A DNA stretch of 64,000 nt. Source: a virus. The notes below the pieces were generated by a model. The model saw only the letters and a list, made by a program, of their open reading frames with translations. It did not search any database and was not told the DNA's origin. Every line of letters begins with the position of its first letter. Position 1 is the stretch's first letter. The stretch spans positions 25,488-89,487 of IMG/VR virus record IMGVR_UViG_3300045988_122657; one strand, 5' to 3'. This document shows, one piece after another, positions 48,408 through 58,186 of this stretch. Position numbers and translations under genes: made by a program.

Positions 48408-49762
48408 ACTTCATCATCCTCATCTTCATTATCATATAAATTTTCCACTGGTGCTGTCTGCTGAAACATATCCGTTGGAGATAAGTTTCTTGCCTCGCAC
48501 ATTGCACAAAAGACTTTTAATACCTTATCCCATTCATGCTCCTGAATCCACTGTAGAAATGGTTTCTTGCCACGTTTCTTAACATCAATCTGATATTTAT
48601 ACTGTAAGTTCTTATACAGCTCGTTCCACATAACAGAGAATTGTGTTCCTGTAACCGCAGCTAACTTCCTAATCCCAGCGTTCATCTTGTTTCGATCATC
48701 CCACGTTAAAATTTCCGCTGCTAATAGCTTATTATCATTCTGCAATTTCTGATTTTCTTCTTTGAGTTCTTTGTTTTGTGTTCTCAGATCCGTTACCATT
48801 GCAAGCTTGACATCTTCAGAGAATGATGGGAAATAGTGTTCAATAAACTGTGATTCTTTTCCAAAGTCAACTGCACCGCCTGTCTTACGGATGTTTCTAA
48901 GGTATTCTTTGATCTGCTTCTTCATCTGCTTGGCAATCGGTTTACGTGACTGCATACACACTTCATAAAGTCCATCTTCTGTGAGAAACCAAAATGGATT
49001 GATGGTCTTTCCAGTAGAATCAATCTGACCTAAATTTGACCCGCTAACATTATTAGCGGTTAAGATTTTGGTCTTATATTTTTCTTCTGAATCAATCGTC
49101 TGTAACATTTTATCCGTTCTATAACTTCCATCAGGACGTTTACTGTAATCAATCCATTCTGCAACATCTCTTGCTAAGAATAACGGATCTTCAATACTTC
49201 TATACAGATCAATTCGTCTGCCTAAAATTTCCGTTGTGTCAACAAGCTGCACACCTGCCTCTACCTGTTCTTGTTCTCTTCGTTCTTCCATCGTGATGTA
49301 GTCATTAATAAAAACATAATGTCTTACGTTCTCAGCAAGGCTTGAAGTTTCCATCAGTAGTGAAAGTCGGATTAAACATTTAAGAGTAAACACCTTAGCA
49401 CCTTTATAGCCGAATGAGATATTTAATCCGTTCGGATACGTTACCATGATTCTTCCCTTCTGTTTTTCTGTTGTTGCGTTCTGACCGTCAATGATCTCTT
49501 GCACTGTCTTAACTTCCATTCCATCGTCTAAAAACTCTTTGCGATACTTCGTACACAACCGCTTAACCTCGTCAACGTCTCCATCAAAGAATCGTGCTAC
49601 CTGTTCTGTAGTAATATAATCTCGTCCAGGAAGCCACGGGATCGGCTTGATTGTAACCTGTTTTAAAAGCTCTGTGTTCTGCACCAGTTCATCCCTCTTT
49701 GCTTTGTCCAAAATTGGATCGCAAGGAATTTCCATTTCGTTTAAATTCATAATTAATTCCAC
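48398..49762 (-). CDS. Bro-N domain protein (antirepressor-like)
   Basis: Central Bro-N-like block 'FLARDVAEWIDYSKRPDGSYRTDKMLQTIDSEEKY...FWFLTEDGLYEVCMQSRKPIAKQMKKQIKEYL'. Confidence 0.5.
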   Translation of the reverse strand: MELIMNLNEMEIPCDPILDKAKRDELVQNTELLKQVTIKPIPWLPGRDYITTEQVARFFDGDVDEVKRLCTKYRKEFLDDGMEVKTVQEIIDGQNATTEKQKGRIMVTYPNGLNISFGYKGAKVFTLKCLIRLSLLMETSSLAENVRHYVFINDYITMEERREQEQVEAGVQLVDTTEILGRRIDLYRSIEDPLFLARDVAEWIDYSKRPDGSYRTDKMLQTIDSEEKYKTKILTANNVSGSNLGQIDSTGKTINPFWFLTEDGLYEVCMQSRKPIAKQMKKQIKEYLRNIRKTGGAVDFGKESQFIEHYFPSFSEDVKLAMVTDLRTQNKELKEENQKLQNDNKLLAAEILTWDDRNKMNAGIRKLAAVTGTQFSVMWNELYKNLQYKYQIDVKKRGKKPFLQWIQEHEWDKVLKVFCAMCEARNLSPTDMFQQTAPVENLYDNEDEDDEVWN

Positions 49763-49846
49763 CTTTCTTATGTAGTAAAAATTTGTATTAAAAAAGACAC
49801 TCTGGAATTTTCCATAAGTGTCCTAGTTACCTATATTAATTTGTAT

Positions 49847-50395
49847 TCACTCTAATTCTAGTTCATCAATTTCTGGTGTATCAGAATGATCCATTTCCCT
49901 TAGTTCTTCGATACTTGTTCCAAGTGACATAAGAGCCAATCTAAATTGTTTTGGATCGCTATGCCCAGCTTGTAAGTTCCGCCAATCAGTAAAACGCTCT
50001 GGATTCTCTTCCCTTTCCCATTCATAAGCTCTATGATCGGCTTCATCGTATAGCAATCTTGCCCGTGTTGGCAGCTTCATTGGCTCGTAACCTCTGCTCT
50101 GCTGTCTGTAGTCCTCTATGATATTATCCCAGCTCAGATCATCAGGAATCTTTTCTATTATATACACTTCCTGTAAAGCATCTTCGGGGATGTCTGGATA
50201 ATAAACTAAAGCATATCTTTCATTTCCATCTTTAGTGTATTTATACACTTCATGTTCAATGTCTGGAAGTGTTGTATATTCCAGCCCGCTTTTCTTTAAT
50301 TCTTCTACCCATGTTTTTTCCGTGAACGCCTGTCTCCATACATCTTTTCCGTAGTGTTTAAATTTATTCATACCTACAACTCCTTCCATATACAA
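49847..50395 (-). CDS. hypothetical protein
   Basis: 182-aa ORF. Confidence 0.45.
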   Translation of the reverse strand: MYMEGVVGMNKFKHYGKDVWRQAFTEKTWVEELKKSGLEYTTLPDIEHEVYKYTKDGNERYALVYYPDIPEDALQEVYIIEKIPDDLSWDNIIEDYRQQSRGYEPMKLPTRARLLYDEADHRAYEWEREENPERFTDWRNLQAGHSDPKQFRLALMSLGTSIEELREMDHSDTPEIDELELE

Positions 50396-50420
50396 TCTGC
50401 TTTTTTAAATAATTTCCGTT

Positions 50421-50591
50421 CTATCTTCCATTCCAAAGATCGGAAAAGAACTTATAAATCCCATACAGAATAGCAACAAATGCTATAACCATTAAAATTC
50501 CATAACCACCACCTAAAATAGCTCCTAACATATATTCCAAAGTGTCCTCTGGAACGATAAATATAATTATTAATAATAAAACCAATGGCAT
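50421..50591 (-). CDS. small membrane protein (56 aa, unlisted)
   Basis: MPLVLLLIIIFIVPEDTLEYMLGAILGGGYGILMVIAFVAILYGIYKFF...; SD AAGGAGAG 8 nt upstream. Confidence 0.4.
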   Translation of the reverse strand: MPLVLLLIIIFIVPEDTLEYMLGAILGGGYGILMVIAFVAILYGIYKFFSDLWNGR

Positions 50592-50698
50592 AATTTACTC
50601 TCCTTTGCTCTGTTCTTTAAGTTTTTTGTTTGTCTTGTATCTCAACTAATATGTATATATCATCATCTTCTCTGACTGTAGTAAACAGTCCATAAAAA

Positions 50699-50905
50699 TT
50701 ACACTTCGCTTTCCTCTACCTCACTTGCAAATAACTCGTACTCATAGTCGTAACCACCGCCATCACAAGGAATATCAATATCTCCTGTATTAATCTTTTC
50801 CGCCACAATATTTCTTGCTTCGTCCTCTGTTTCTGCTTTGATTTCCACTGATCTCTTATATGTTTCTACAACATCTATTATGTATTTTTTCATGTAAATT
50901 TCCAT
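50699..50905 (-). CDS. hypothetical small protein (MEIYM start)
   Basis: 68-aa ORF in the GGAAAT-containing start context. Confidence 0.45.
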   Translation of the reverse strand: MEIYMKKYIIDVVETYKRSVEIKAETEDEARNIVAEKINTGDIDIPCDGGGYDYEYELFASEVEESEV

Positions 50906-50910
50906 CCTTC

Positions 50911-51258
50911 CTATTGTTTTTCTAGTGCTTCAATAAAAGTCGTATACATAAGAATATCTTGCTTAAGACAGTTCTCAAAGACCACTTTGCCTTTTTGATT
51001 AAGAAATAAATCAGAAGAAAGATTTTGTAATCGTATTTCATAATTTTTCTTTCGTCTATTTAATTTTTCCAACAATTCTTCTCGTGTTCCACATTGTCGG
51101 ATATCGGGACCTAATCTACTATTTAATTCCATATCATTTCCATACCAATAGAAATTTCTTTTTGGGCTGCATACCAATTTACATACTGCACCAAGACCAT
51201 CTGGTTTAGTCGTTGTTCCATAATTTGATTCTACTAAAACTCTCATAATTATTTCCAT
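50911..51258 (-). CDS. hypothetical protein (MEIIM start)
   Basis: 115-aa ORF. Confidence 0.45.
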   Translation of the reverse strand: MEIIMRVLVESNYGTTTKPDGLGAVCKLVCSPKRNFYWYGNDMELNSRLGPDIRQCGTREELLEKLNRRKKNYEIRLQNLSSDLFLNQKGKVVFENCLKQDILMYTTFIEALEKQ

Positions 51259-51285
51259 CCTTCCTACGATAAAATTGACATTTGA

Positions 51286-51537
51286 TTAATTAATAGATCC
51301 ATCTGCATTGACCAATCTATTTTCCATATCTGCGTTGTTATCTGCAATATTCTGCAATACATAAAACAGAGAATCATCCGCTTTAGACAATTTTCCGATT
51401 GCCTTAGATAAATTTCCAATGCTTTCAGTTAACATTTTCATATCTTCTTTACAATCATCTACGAACGTGTCATAGTCCATTCCCAAAGACATATTGAATA
51501 AAATGTTTGCAATTCTTTTTACTTCGTTATTTTCCAT
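51286..51537 (-). CDS. hypothetical protein
   Basis: 83-aa ORF. Confidence 0.4.
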   Translation of the reverse strand: MENNEVKRIANILFNMSLGMDYDTFVDDCKEDMKMLTESIGNLSKAIGKLSKADDSLFYVLQNIADNNADMENRLVNADGSIN

Positions 51538-51551
51538 AACTAATCACTCTC

Positions 51552-51746
51552 CTATTCTTTAATCTCATTTGCAATGTCGTTTCTTGTTCCTCTGATAGAG
51601 CATCCTTCTGTATCATGTCGCATCAGGATCTCGTAAATCTGTTCTTCCTCTTCCTCTGTTAAGGAAAATCCTCCCCAGTATCCATAATCATTCTCTCCGT
51701 GACACATAACGATTCCGATAATTTCCTGTTTTGTTTCTGTATTCAT
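51552..51746 (-). CDS. hypothetical small protein
   Basis: 64-aa ORF. Confidence 0.4.
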   Translation of the reverse strand: MNTETKQEIIGIVMCHGENDYGYWGGFSLTEEEEEQIYEILMRHDTEGCSIRGTRNDIANEIKE

Positions 51747-51782
51747 AATCTCTCACTCCTGTTCTGTGATAAAACTTTTCTT

Positions 51783-52067
51783 TTATGCCGCTACTTCAAT
51801 CAATCGAATCATTGATTCTTTGTAGATAGATTTTCCATCCACGTCCAATCGTTCAATACATTTAACTATTGACATAGGCTTATTCTTTGGTAACTGCCAT
51901 GCATACATACCAAGCCAATCTTGTAATAAATTTAACATCGAATAATTTCCAAACGGACATCCTTTTGGCTTGAATTCAGTTAAGATTTCTTTTGCCATAC
52001 TTGTTAATGTCACACGTATTGTTCCACCTGATGTAACTACAATATAATTTTCTTTCATAATTTCCAC
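51783..52067 (-). CDS. hypothetical protein (MEIM start)
   Basis: 94-aa ORF. Confidence 0.45.
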   Translation of the reverse strand: MEIMKENYIVVTSGGTIRVTLTSMAKEILTEFKPKGCPFGNYSMLNLLQDWLGMYAWQLPKNKPMSIVKCIERLDVDGKSIYKESMIRLIEVAA

Positions 52068-52088
52068 TCCTATCTGTAATAAAACTTT

Positions 52089-52379
52089 CTATAAAACTTT
52101 TAATTCTTCTTTTGTATACTTACTCCATTTTCCAGTCTGAACACCATTCATTCTTTCTTCAAAAGTTCTTTTTCTCATGCCATACTGTTCCGTTGCAACT
52201 CTATAAAAGTCATAGACAAGATCTTTTTTGGTATCAATAATCATAAAATCATGTGGATTATTCGTATTATCAAGAATGTATTGCATAAAATCTCTGAATG
52301 TGACAAGATCATTTGTCGTACACCAACATATTGCTTTATCATTTTCCTTTGTTACAAATTTTACTGTCTGCATATTCAT
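52089..52379 (-). CDS. hypothetical protein
   Basis: 96-aa ORF. Confidence 0.45.
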   Translation of the reverse strand: MNMQTVKFVTKENDKAICWCTTNDLVTFRDFMQYILDNTNNPHDFMIIDTKKDLVYDFYRVATEQYGMRKRTFEERMNGVQTGKWSKYTKEELKVL

Positions 52380-52391
52380 TCCTCCTAGTCT

Positions 52392-52573
52392 TTAAAACAT
52401 TAATCCACCTAAGTCTGCTTTTGCCTTATGATCTTTTGCTAACCAAAAATTTCCGTCAAGCTGCACAAGGTCATATTTCCGTTTCATTCTTTCCAGCTCT
52501 TTATCAGTTTTACAAATATATGGATTAGATCCATCTTCAAATTTAATATGATTCCATACCATAATTTCCACCT
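52392..52573 (-). CDS. small hypothetical protein (58 aa, unlisted)
   Basis: GGAAATTATG start context; MVWNHIKFEDGSNPYICKTDKELERMKRKYDLVQLDGNFWLAKDHKAKADLGGLMF. Confidence 0.4.
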
Positions 52574-52774
52574 CTATTCTTCTATATCAAACCATTCAGG
52601 TTTTCCATCAATATAGCAACCACAATCCTCTGCCTCGAATTCTACTTCCTCAGGATTGAAGTCAATATTATCCATCACATAAGTTTTAATTTGTTCTTTT
52701 CTAAGATCAACATTGTATTTTTCAGCTACAGCATCTAAAAAATCATCAATCTGATATGCGTCAGAACAATCCAT
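52574..52774 (-). CDS. hypothetical small acidic protein
   Basis: 66-aa ORF. Confidence 0.4.
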   Translation of the reverse strand: MDCSDAYQIDDFLDAVAEKYNVDLRKEQIKTYVMDNIDFNPEEVEFEAEDCGCYIDGKPEWFDIEE

Positions 52775-53010
52775 GATACCGCAATCGGGAACTCCTCTGC
52801 ATAATATTTTCCATGAACCTCTACAATGTCACGCCATGTAAATTGATGTTCTTTGAATTCATTGATAATATCACTTGCAATCATTCCGACGATTGGTTGT
52901 TCTCCATATTTCTGTCGTTCTAACTCACAATCAACTAATTCCAAAACATCAATATCTAATCCGTTTTCTGTTTCTACAATTGCACTATAATAATCTCTAT
53001 ATTTGTTCAT
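52735..53010 (-). CDS. hypothetical protein
   Basis: Probable start is the internal ATG in GAGGTGGAAATTATG (53010), not the track start at 53052. Confidence 0.4.
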   Translation of the reverse strand: MNKYRDYYSAIVETENGLDIDVLELVDCELERQKYGEQPIVGMIASDIINEFKEHQFTWRDIVEVHGKYYAEEFPIAVSWIVLTHIRLMIF

Positions 53011-53097
53011 AATTTCCACCTCATATCTTTCCATTAAAAAAGGAAGATACATTTCTGCATCTTCCTAGATTACTTTGTTCTTGTATTAAATTTTCCG

Positions 53098-53442
53098 TTA
53101 TTCTTTTTCCCCGATAAGCTGAATAATGCAACCAAAATCTCCAGCACGATATACTCTAATTTTGTCTGCCTTATAATCTGCCATCAATCCTATATCGTCA
53201 TAGATTTTGAGCCATGCCCTGAATCCTGATGATGTTTCAAATTCCATCTCTAAGGTATAGTGATCTCCGATCTTTGCATTCTCATCCACAATATAAGCAT
53301 TATATCTTCCATCACAGCCAAAATTTAAGATATTCGCCTTCAATCCGTCTTTTGTTGTGCCTACAAAAATTAAAGCCGCAATATCACTATCTCCAATAAA
53401 CTCTCTTTCGTACTCTTTATATGATTTCATAATTTCCACCAC
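53098..53442 (-). CDS. hypothetical protein (MVEIM start)
   Basis: 114-aa ORF. Confidence 0.45.
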   Translation of the reverse strand: MVEIMKSYKEYEREFIGDSDIAALIFVGTTKDGLKANILNFGCDGRYNAYIVDENAKIGDHYTLEMEFETSSGFRAWLKIYDDIGLMADYKADKIRVYRAGDFGCIIQLIGEKE

Positions 53443-53448
53443 CTTATT

Positions 53449-54168
53449 CTATAAACAATAACTAATTAACCATTCTTTTCCATCGTACTTTACAAAACTA
53501 TACCCATCCATTGGAATTTTTGTTTCCAACATCTTCTTAATTTTCTTATCAGCTTCAATTTCATCTGCATCTTCATGAAAATTTTTCATAAATTCAAAAT
53601 TTTCTGTAAAATCTTCTAATGTATAAACAACTGTGCCATTGTTTAAATGCTTTTCTGCTTCTTTTCTAGTACAGCCATCTTCCATTAAAATTTCAACATT
53701 TTTTTCCATAGCCCAGAGTTCTTTTAAAAGCTGGATCACAAATTCTGGATATTCCATAAAGTAATACCATTCATAAGCTGATTCTATCTGATCCATTTCT
53801 TCTCTAGTGAGATCTTCATAGTATTCGTCGGTATATCCGTTTACATTTGCCCACGTTTCAAAATCCATTGCTGTTCTCTGGAATTCTTTTACCTTGCTAC
53901 TGATTCGTTGCAAGTCATTTTTTTCAATTGTGATCAAAGGTTTTCCATAATCATCATAAAGATCTTCCCATAAGTCGTTATTCCATTTTGATTTTGGTTC
54001 ATGCTGTATGTAAATGTTTGTTGATCCATTTATATTCCAGCCCGTTGTAGCAACTAATTTTCCACTTTCTTTTTCTACTCCATAAAACATTCCAGGCTTC
54101 ACGCAAAATCCAGCGTATGAAGCATGGTTAAAATGTTCTGGCAAGATCATTTCTTTAAATTCGTACAT
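53449..54168 (-). CDS. hypothetical protein
   Basis: 239-aa ORF; start context GGCTGGAAATTATG. Confidence 0.45.
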   Translation of the reverse strand: MYEFKEMILPEHFNHASYAGFCVKPGMFYGVEKESGKLVATTGWNINGSTNIYIQHEPKSKWNNDLWEDLYDDYGKPLITIEKNDLQRISSKVKEFQRTAMDFETWANVNGYTDEYYEDLTREEMDQIESAYEWYYFMEYPEFVIQLLKELWAMEKNVEILMEDGCTRKEAEKHLNNGTVVYTLEDFTENFEFMKNFHEDADEIEADKKIKKMLETKIPMDGYSFVKYDGKEWLISYCL

Positions 54169-54250
54169 AATTTCCAGCCTTTCTGCCTATTTAGGACTTT
54201 AAAATATTAACTGTTCTCTTATATTATACACGATAATTTCCATCGTGAAA

Positions 54251-54311
54251 AGTAGCGAGGGCGGAATTGAACCGCCCGATAAAAGCACTCTTTTATCTAC
54301 CATACGCCACT
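54251..54311 (-). ncRNA. tRNA-like minihelix element A (acceptor-like stem + 8-bp hairpin + T-arm-like hairpin)
   Basis: Minus strand: AGUGGCG-UAUGGUA-[GAUAAAAG AGUG CUUUUAUC]-[GGGCGG UUCAAUU CCGCCC]-U-CGCUACU. The acceptor-like 7-bp pairing includes one G-U. Shares the 13-nt motif GUGGCGUAUGGUA with element B. Intergenic. Confidence 0.3.
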
Positions 54312-54316
54312 ATAAA

Positions 54317-55021
54317 TTACTTTTCTTTAAATACTCTAATTGTTTTCTGATAAGCTAAGTAATTGTTAGGATTCCAATCATATGATCCATTATTTTCATA
54401 TAAATCAATATATGGAATTCCATCCATATTATGTCCGTTTCTAATGGTTTCGCCTTCTGCAATCCCTATAACGGTATGTCTTTCATATTTTCCATACAAT
54501 TCATTCCAATAATAAACAACGTCACCGACTTTTAAATCCGTGACGTTCATTTCTTCTGAATGTAAGAATTCTTTTCCTAACTGTTCTTTAGTCGGCATAT
54601 TTTCGTCAATGGTTTCTAAAAATTCCATTAAGTCATATTCCTCATGATCTTCTTTGATAACTATATCAGGATTCATATGGTTAACAATTTTCCAACCTTC
54701 AATCTCATAGATTCCATTATCAAGCCATAATTCCTCAACTTGTTTAGGTGTCGGATTATTGTCAACGATCTCAATTCCTACTGAAACATTACCGCCAAAG
54801 AAATTTCCAATCACTTGTGCAAGCCTAGCAATTCCGTAGCTATCAGTTTCAGGACTTCTGTATCCTTTTAATTTACAATATGTACAAAAAGCATTTACAG
54901 AATCATAACCACCATTCCAATGCACATATACGCCTAACGCCTGGTTCTTTCCTTTAATAATTGCACGATTTCCCATAATTAAGTACCTTCTTTCTTTATT
55001 CTTTTGATTTATATTTTCCAT
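54317..55021 (-). CDS. hypothetical protein
   Basis: 234-aa ORF; alternative start MGNRAI at 54978 with SD GAAGG. Confidence 0.45.
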   Translation of the reverse strand: MENINQKNKERRYLIMGNRAIIKGKNQALGVYVHWNGGYDSVNAFCTYCKLKGYRSPETDSYGIARLAQVIGNFFGGNVSVGIEIVDNNPTPKQVEELWLDNGIYEIEGWKIVNHMNPDIVIKEDHEEYDLMEFLETIDENMPTKEQLGKEFLHSEEMNVTDLKVGDVVYYWNELYGKYERHTVIGIAEGETIRNGHNMDGIPYIDLYENNGSYDWNPNNYLAYQKTIRVFKEK

Positions 55022-55023
55022 AA

Positions 55024-55093
55024 AGTGACGGGATAGGAATCGAACCTATCACAAATTACCATACGCCACCGTTTTTCCGTTCCAATACGTCAC
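55024..55093 (-). ncRNA. tRNA-like minihelix element B (T-arm-like hairpin with canonical UUCGAUU loop)
   Basis: Minus strand: GGUGGCG-UAUGGUA-AUUUGU-[GAUAGG UUCGAUU CCUAUC]-C-CGUCACU. Motif GUGGCGUAUGGUA is shared with element A. A GUGACGU segment at 55087-55093 could pair with CCGUCAC. No cloverleaf could be built. Confidence 0.3.
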
Positions 55094-55221
55094 TACTAGC
55101 AATCAGTAGTACAGTCTTTCCGTTCATTTAAAGTAACTATTAGCTTCAATAGTCCAGTATTTCCGTTAGGGTGTATACTCATATCATCATGAGTAGTAAA
55201 AGCCTTTAATTGGCTATGTAA

Positions 55222-55464
55222 CTAAATAAGTTTTGACGGATCTTCTTTTAAAATTTCCGTCATGCCATTAATTGCTTCTTCTTGCGTTTTATATTTCTGA
55301 AAAATTCCGAACGTGTTCTTGAATAGCAAGAAATATTTATAACCATGTAAGCTATCATCAATTCCAGCGTTCGGAGGATTTTCCGTGTAGTACAGTGTGT
55401 TGTACTTTCGTTCAATGTGACACGCTAATGCTTCCATAGTCGTTCTGCGACTCATTCTTTCCAC
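55222..55464 (-). CDS. hypothetical protein
   Basis: 80-aa ORF. Confidence 0.4.
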   Translation of the reverse strand: MERMSRRTTMEALACHIERKYNTLYYTENPPNAGIDDSLHGYKYFLLFKNTFGIFQKYKTQEEAINGMTEILKEDPSKLI

Positions 55465-55471
55465 CTACTTT

Positions 55472-55657
55472 CTATTTATAATAAACATCTACGTTGTTCT
55501 TATCATCGTGTGACCAACTAGATCCAACGTATTTTCCACTGTTACCGCAATCTTCAAGATCGTATTCACAACATAAGTCGTTATACTCGTCAGGTGTATC
55601 ACAGAAAATTTCCGTTCTACCGTCAGGATATTCATTTCTTACTATCATAATTTCCAC
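55472..55657 (-). CDS. hypothetical small protein (MEIM start)
   Basis: 61-aa ORF. Confidence 0.4.
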   Translation of the reverse strand: MEIMIVRNEYPDGRTEIFCDTPDEYNDLCCEYDLEDCGNSGKYVGSSWSHDDKNNVDVYYK

Positions 55658-55664
55658 CTTCCTT

Positions 55665-55937
55665 CTATAATCTTTCCATCAGTTCTACAGCTAAGATATA
55701 TGCTACATATTTCCACACGTTCACATATCCGTTCAGATCTTCTAACTTACATTGTAAAGCTGTATGAATCATTCCATCGCAGAACCCTTTGCTTTTAAGT
55801 TCTGCGATAAGATCTTTCTTTGCGATCGGTGGCAAGGCTGCGACTTTGATTTTTCCAATATCAAAAGTGTTACGTTCTTCCTTTTCGATTGTCTGTATCA
55901 CTACCATGTTTGTTTTTGTCATCTTTAAAATTTCCAT
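55665..55937 (-). CDS. hypothetical protein
   Basis: 90-aa ORF. Confidence 0.45.
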   Translation of the reverse strand: MEILKMTKTNMVVIQTIEKEERNTFDIGKIKVAALPPIAKKDLIAELKSKGFCDGMIHTALQCKLEDLNGYVNVWKYVAYILAVELMERL

Positions 55938-55967
55938 TTGATATACACTCCTTTGTTTTCTTATAAA

Positions 55968-56303
55968 TCATTCTGCGATATTGGTAATCACAATATAATT
56001 TCCATTTCCCTTAAGATATAACAATTCATACACCTCCCCATCGTATCCGCCATTATTTTGTTTATAGCCATCTAGCGTATTGTATTTTTCATAGTTAATA
56101 ATGTAATCACACATATCATATAAACCAGTTTCCATTGCTTCTTTATTTCTATATTCAATTTCATTCTTATCTTTATACTTATGACTATTTACATTGTCGT
56201 AGCTACATTTTACAAATGGCACATTAAGATATTTTGCAAGATCATTTTCAATTTCTTTTAGTTCTGCTTCATCTTTTTTCAATTCATATCTATTTCCAAT
56301 CAT
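55968..56303 (-). CDS. hypothetical protein
   Basis: 111-aa ORF. Confidence 0.45.
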   Translation of the reverse strand: MIGNRYELKKDEAELKEIENDLAKYLNVPFVKCSYDNVNSHKYKDKNEIEYRNKEAMETGLYDMCDYIINYEKYNTLDGYKQNNGGYDGEVYELLYLKGNGNYIVITNIAE

Positions 56304-56305
56304 AT

Positions 56306-56794
56306 CTATTGTTCCTCCTGGTTATCTTTCTTTGTAATTGTTATGTCGTATCCCATTTCTTTCCAATACCACAGTGTTTCACTTTTAATATGGTCTAATG
56401 TACATAATCTCACATGACTTTTTTCAAGATCAGCCATATAAAGTTCCGTATTTGTTTCCATAACTAAAATCATTGGGAAATTACCCGTATACTCTACCTT
56501 GTGATGATATGGACTTGCTATTGTATACATATCGTTTATTTTTTCCAATTCTTTTTTATTTTTAATGGTAACATATGTATATTTGTAGTCTGTACTTGCT
56601 TCTTGATATACTGGACATTCGCCTTGCTCCATTGGTAAAGAGTTAATCAATTTATTCCAGCGTTCTTGTAGATTTATTCTTCTATTATCTTCTTTGATCC
56701 AATTTTCATGCTGGATACAATCCCATTTGTCTGTATAATAAATTCCATCATCTGAAATATAATATGTTTTTGCTTCTTTGATTTCTGTTCTCAT
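56306..56794 (-). CDS. hypothetical protein
   Basis: 162-aa ORF. Confidence 0.45.
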   Translation of the reverse strand: MRTEIKEAKTYYISDDGIYYTDKWDCIQHENWIKEDNRRINLQERWNKLINSLPMEQGECPVYQEASTDYKYTYVTIKNKKELEKINDMYTIASPYHHKVEYTGNFPMILVMETNTELYMADLEKSHVRLCTLDHIKSETLWYWKEMGYDITITKKDNQEEQ

Positions 56795-56814
56795 GATCTT
56801 CCATACCTCCTATT

Positions 56815-57135
56815 CTATGCCGTTTCCAGTTTTTCTTTCTCATACTCTTCACGATCCTTATAGTACATATCTAACAGTTCTCTATACTTCTTTTCGCTAT
56901 CTGTCATGTACAGTTCGTTGACACTTGACCATTCATTCAAGCCCTTTTCTAAGATCATCACGTACTTTCTTAGCTTAACTCTGCCCCATCTCATATTGTT
57001 ATTTCCAATATCAAAGAAATAGTTATCTAACATACAGCCTTCAAAACTATCTTCTAAGTAATCATCTAAAGTCGTGCAAAACATTTCTAGTGTATCATTA
57101 TCAATAATCGTTCTATAATCTTTCATGATTTCCAA
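56815..57135 (-). CDS. hypothetical protein (MEIM start)
   Basis: 106-aa ORF. Confidence 0.45.
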   Translation of the reverse strand: MEIMKDYRTIIDNDTLEMFCTTLDDYLEDSFEGCMLDNYFFDIGNNNMRWGRVKLRKYVMILEKGLNEWSSVNELYMTDSEKKYRELLDMYYKDREEYEKEKLETA

Positions 57136-57144
57136 CCTTCCTTC

Positions 57145-57753
57145 TTATCTGATTTTTCCATTATCTGCCACGGCTTCTACATCATCACAATAACTATTGC
57201 AAGGATTCCATACACAATAGCTTGTTATGTGTTTTCCCTTGCGTACACGTTTGTTATAGGCAATATAGTAGTTTTTTCCATACGTTCCATGTCTACCTCC
57301 AGCAGAAACACTTTTGATAATTTCCACATAAATTGTATGTCGTGTGGCACGTTCACGGATCATTTTATCCGTTAGTTTTCCAGTGCTGATATACTTTACC
57401 TTATAGGCATTTAAGTCATAATTTCTGCGTATATAATCGTTTACAAGTTGGACATTCTTATTCTTTGCCGTGATCTTTACAATAGAATCATCAAGCTTGT
57501 TTCTAGTGCCGTGTGTGTTAAATTTTACAGTGACAACGGTAGTCCCTGGATAGGCATATGATTCCTTGCGAACTTTCCAGCAATAACCATCTGCCGTGTC
57601 AATTGTGCCGTCACTGTTATAAATGCCGTTTATCGTTCTGTACGTGCTTCTTTTTGTCTTTGCGTGTACAGTATTTTCCATCATTAAAAAAGCCGTAAAC
57701 ATAAATGCTACGACTAATAAGATCTTGATTGTTTTGTTCTGTTTTGTTCTCAT
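57145..57753 (-). CDS. secreted hypothetical protein (signal peptide)
   Basis: Probable start MRTKQNKTIKILLVVAFMFTAFLMMENTVHA at 57753 with SD GAAGG; the ORF-track start 57816 overlaps the upstream gene. Confidence 0.45.
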   Translation of the reverse strand: MRTKQNKTIKILLVVAFMFTAFLMMENTVHAKTKRSTYRTINGIYNSDGTIDTADGYCWKVRKESYAYPGTTVVTVKFNTHGTRNKLDDSIVKITAKNKNVQLVNDYIRRNYDLNAYKVKYISTGKLTDKMIRERATRHTIYVEIIKSVSAGGRHGTYGKNYYIAYNKRVRKGKHITSYCVWNPCNSYCDDVEAVADNGKIR

Positions 57754-57772
57754 TGTGTGTTTACCTTCTTTC

Positions 57773-58174
57773 TTAATATTCAAAATTCGGAAATAGTTCG
57801 TATAAATCTTCTTCATCTATGTATTTTCCATTAATTGTGATACTAACGGCATAGGATACAAAATATTTTCCATTATCATCTTCTAAACCATCATCATCTT
57901 CTTGTTTCCAAAAAGAAAAACAACTACCACAAATACAAATATCTTTTGCTTCTAAATTGTTAATAAAATGCTGATTGATTTCATTAAGAACGAATTGTTC
58001 AAAATTGAAATTTTCCGCTTTTGCTAATGTAGATTTTCCCGTTAACCAGTCTGCATCTTTTCCACGTAAAGGATCAATAAGTTCTCCATGTTCATTCTCT
58101 TGAAATATGTCAGCAGAAATCCCATGCAATTTAATTGTGTCAAGTTCTCTATATTTTTCAAAATTCATAATCAT
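57773..58174 (-). CDS. hypothetical protein
   Basis: 133-aa ORF. Confidence 0.45.
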   Translation of the reverse strand: MIMNFEKYRELDTIKLHGISADIFQENEHGELIDPLRGKDADWLTGKSTLAKAENFNFEQFVLNEINQHFINNLEAKDICICGSCFSFWKQEDDDGLEDDNGKYFVSYAVSITINGKYIDEEDLYELFPNFEY

Positions 58175-58186
58175 TTACCTTCTTTC

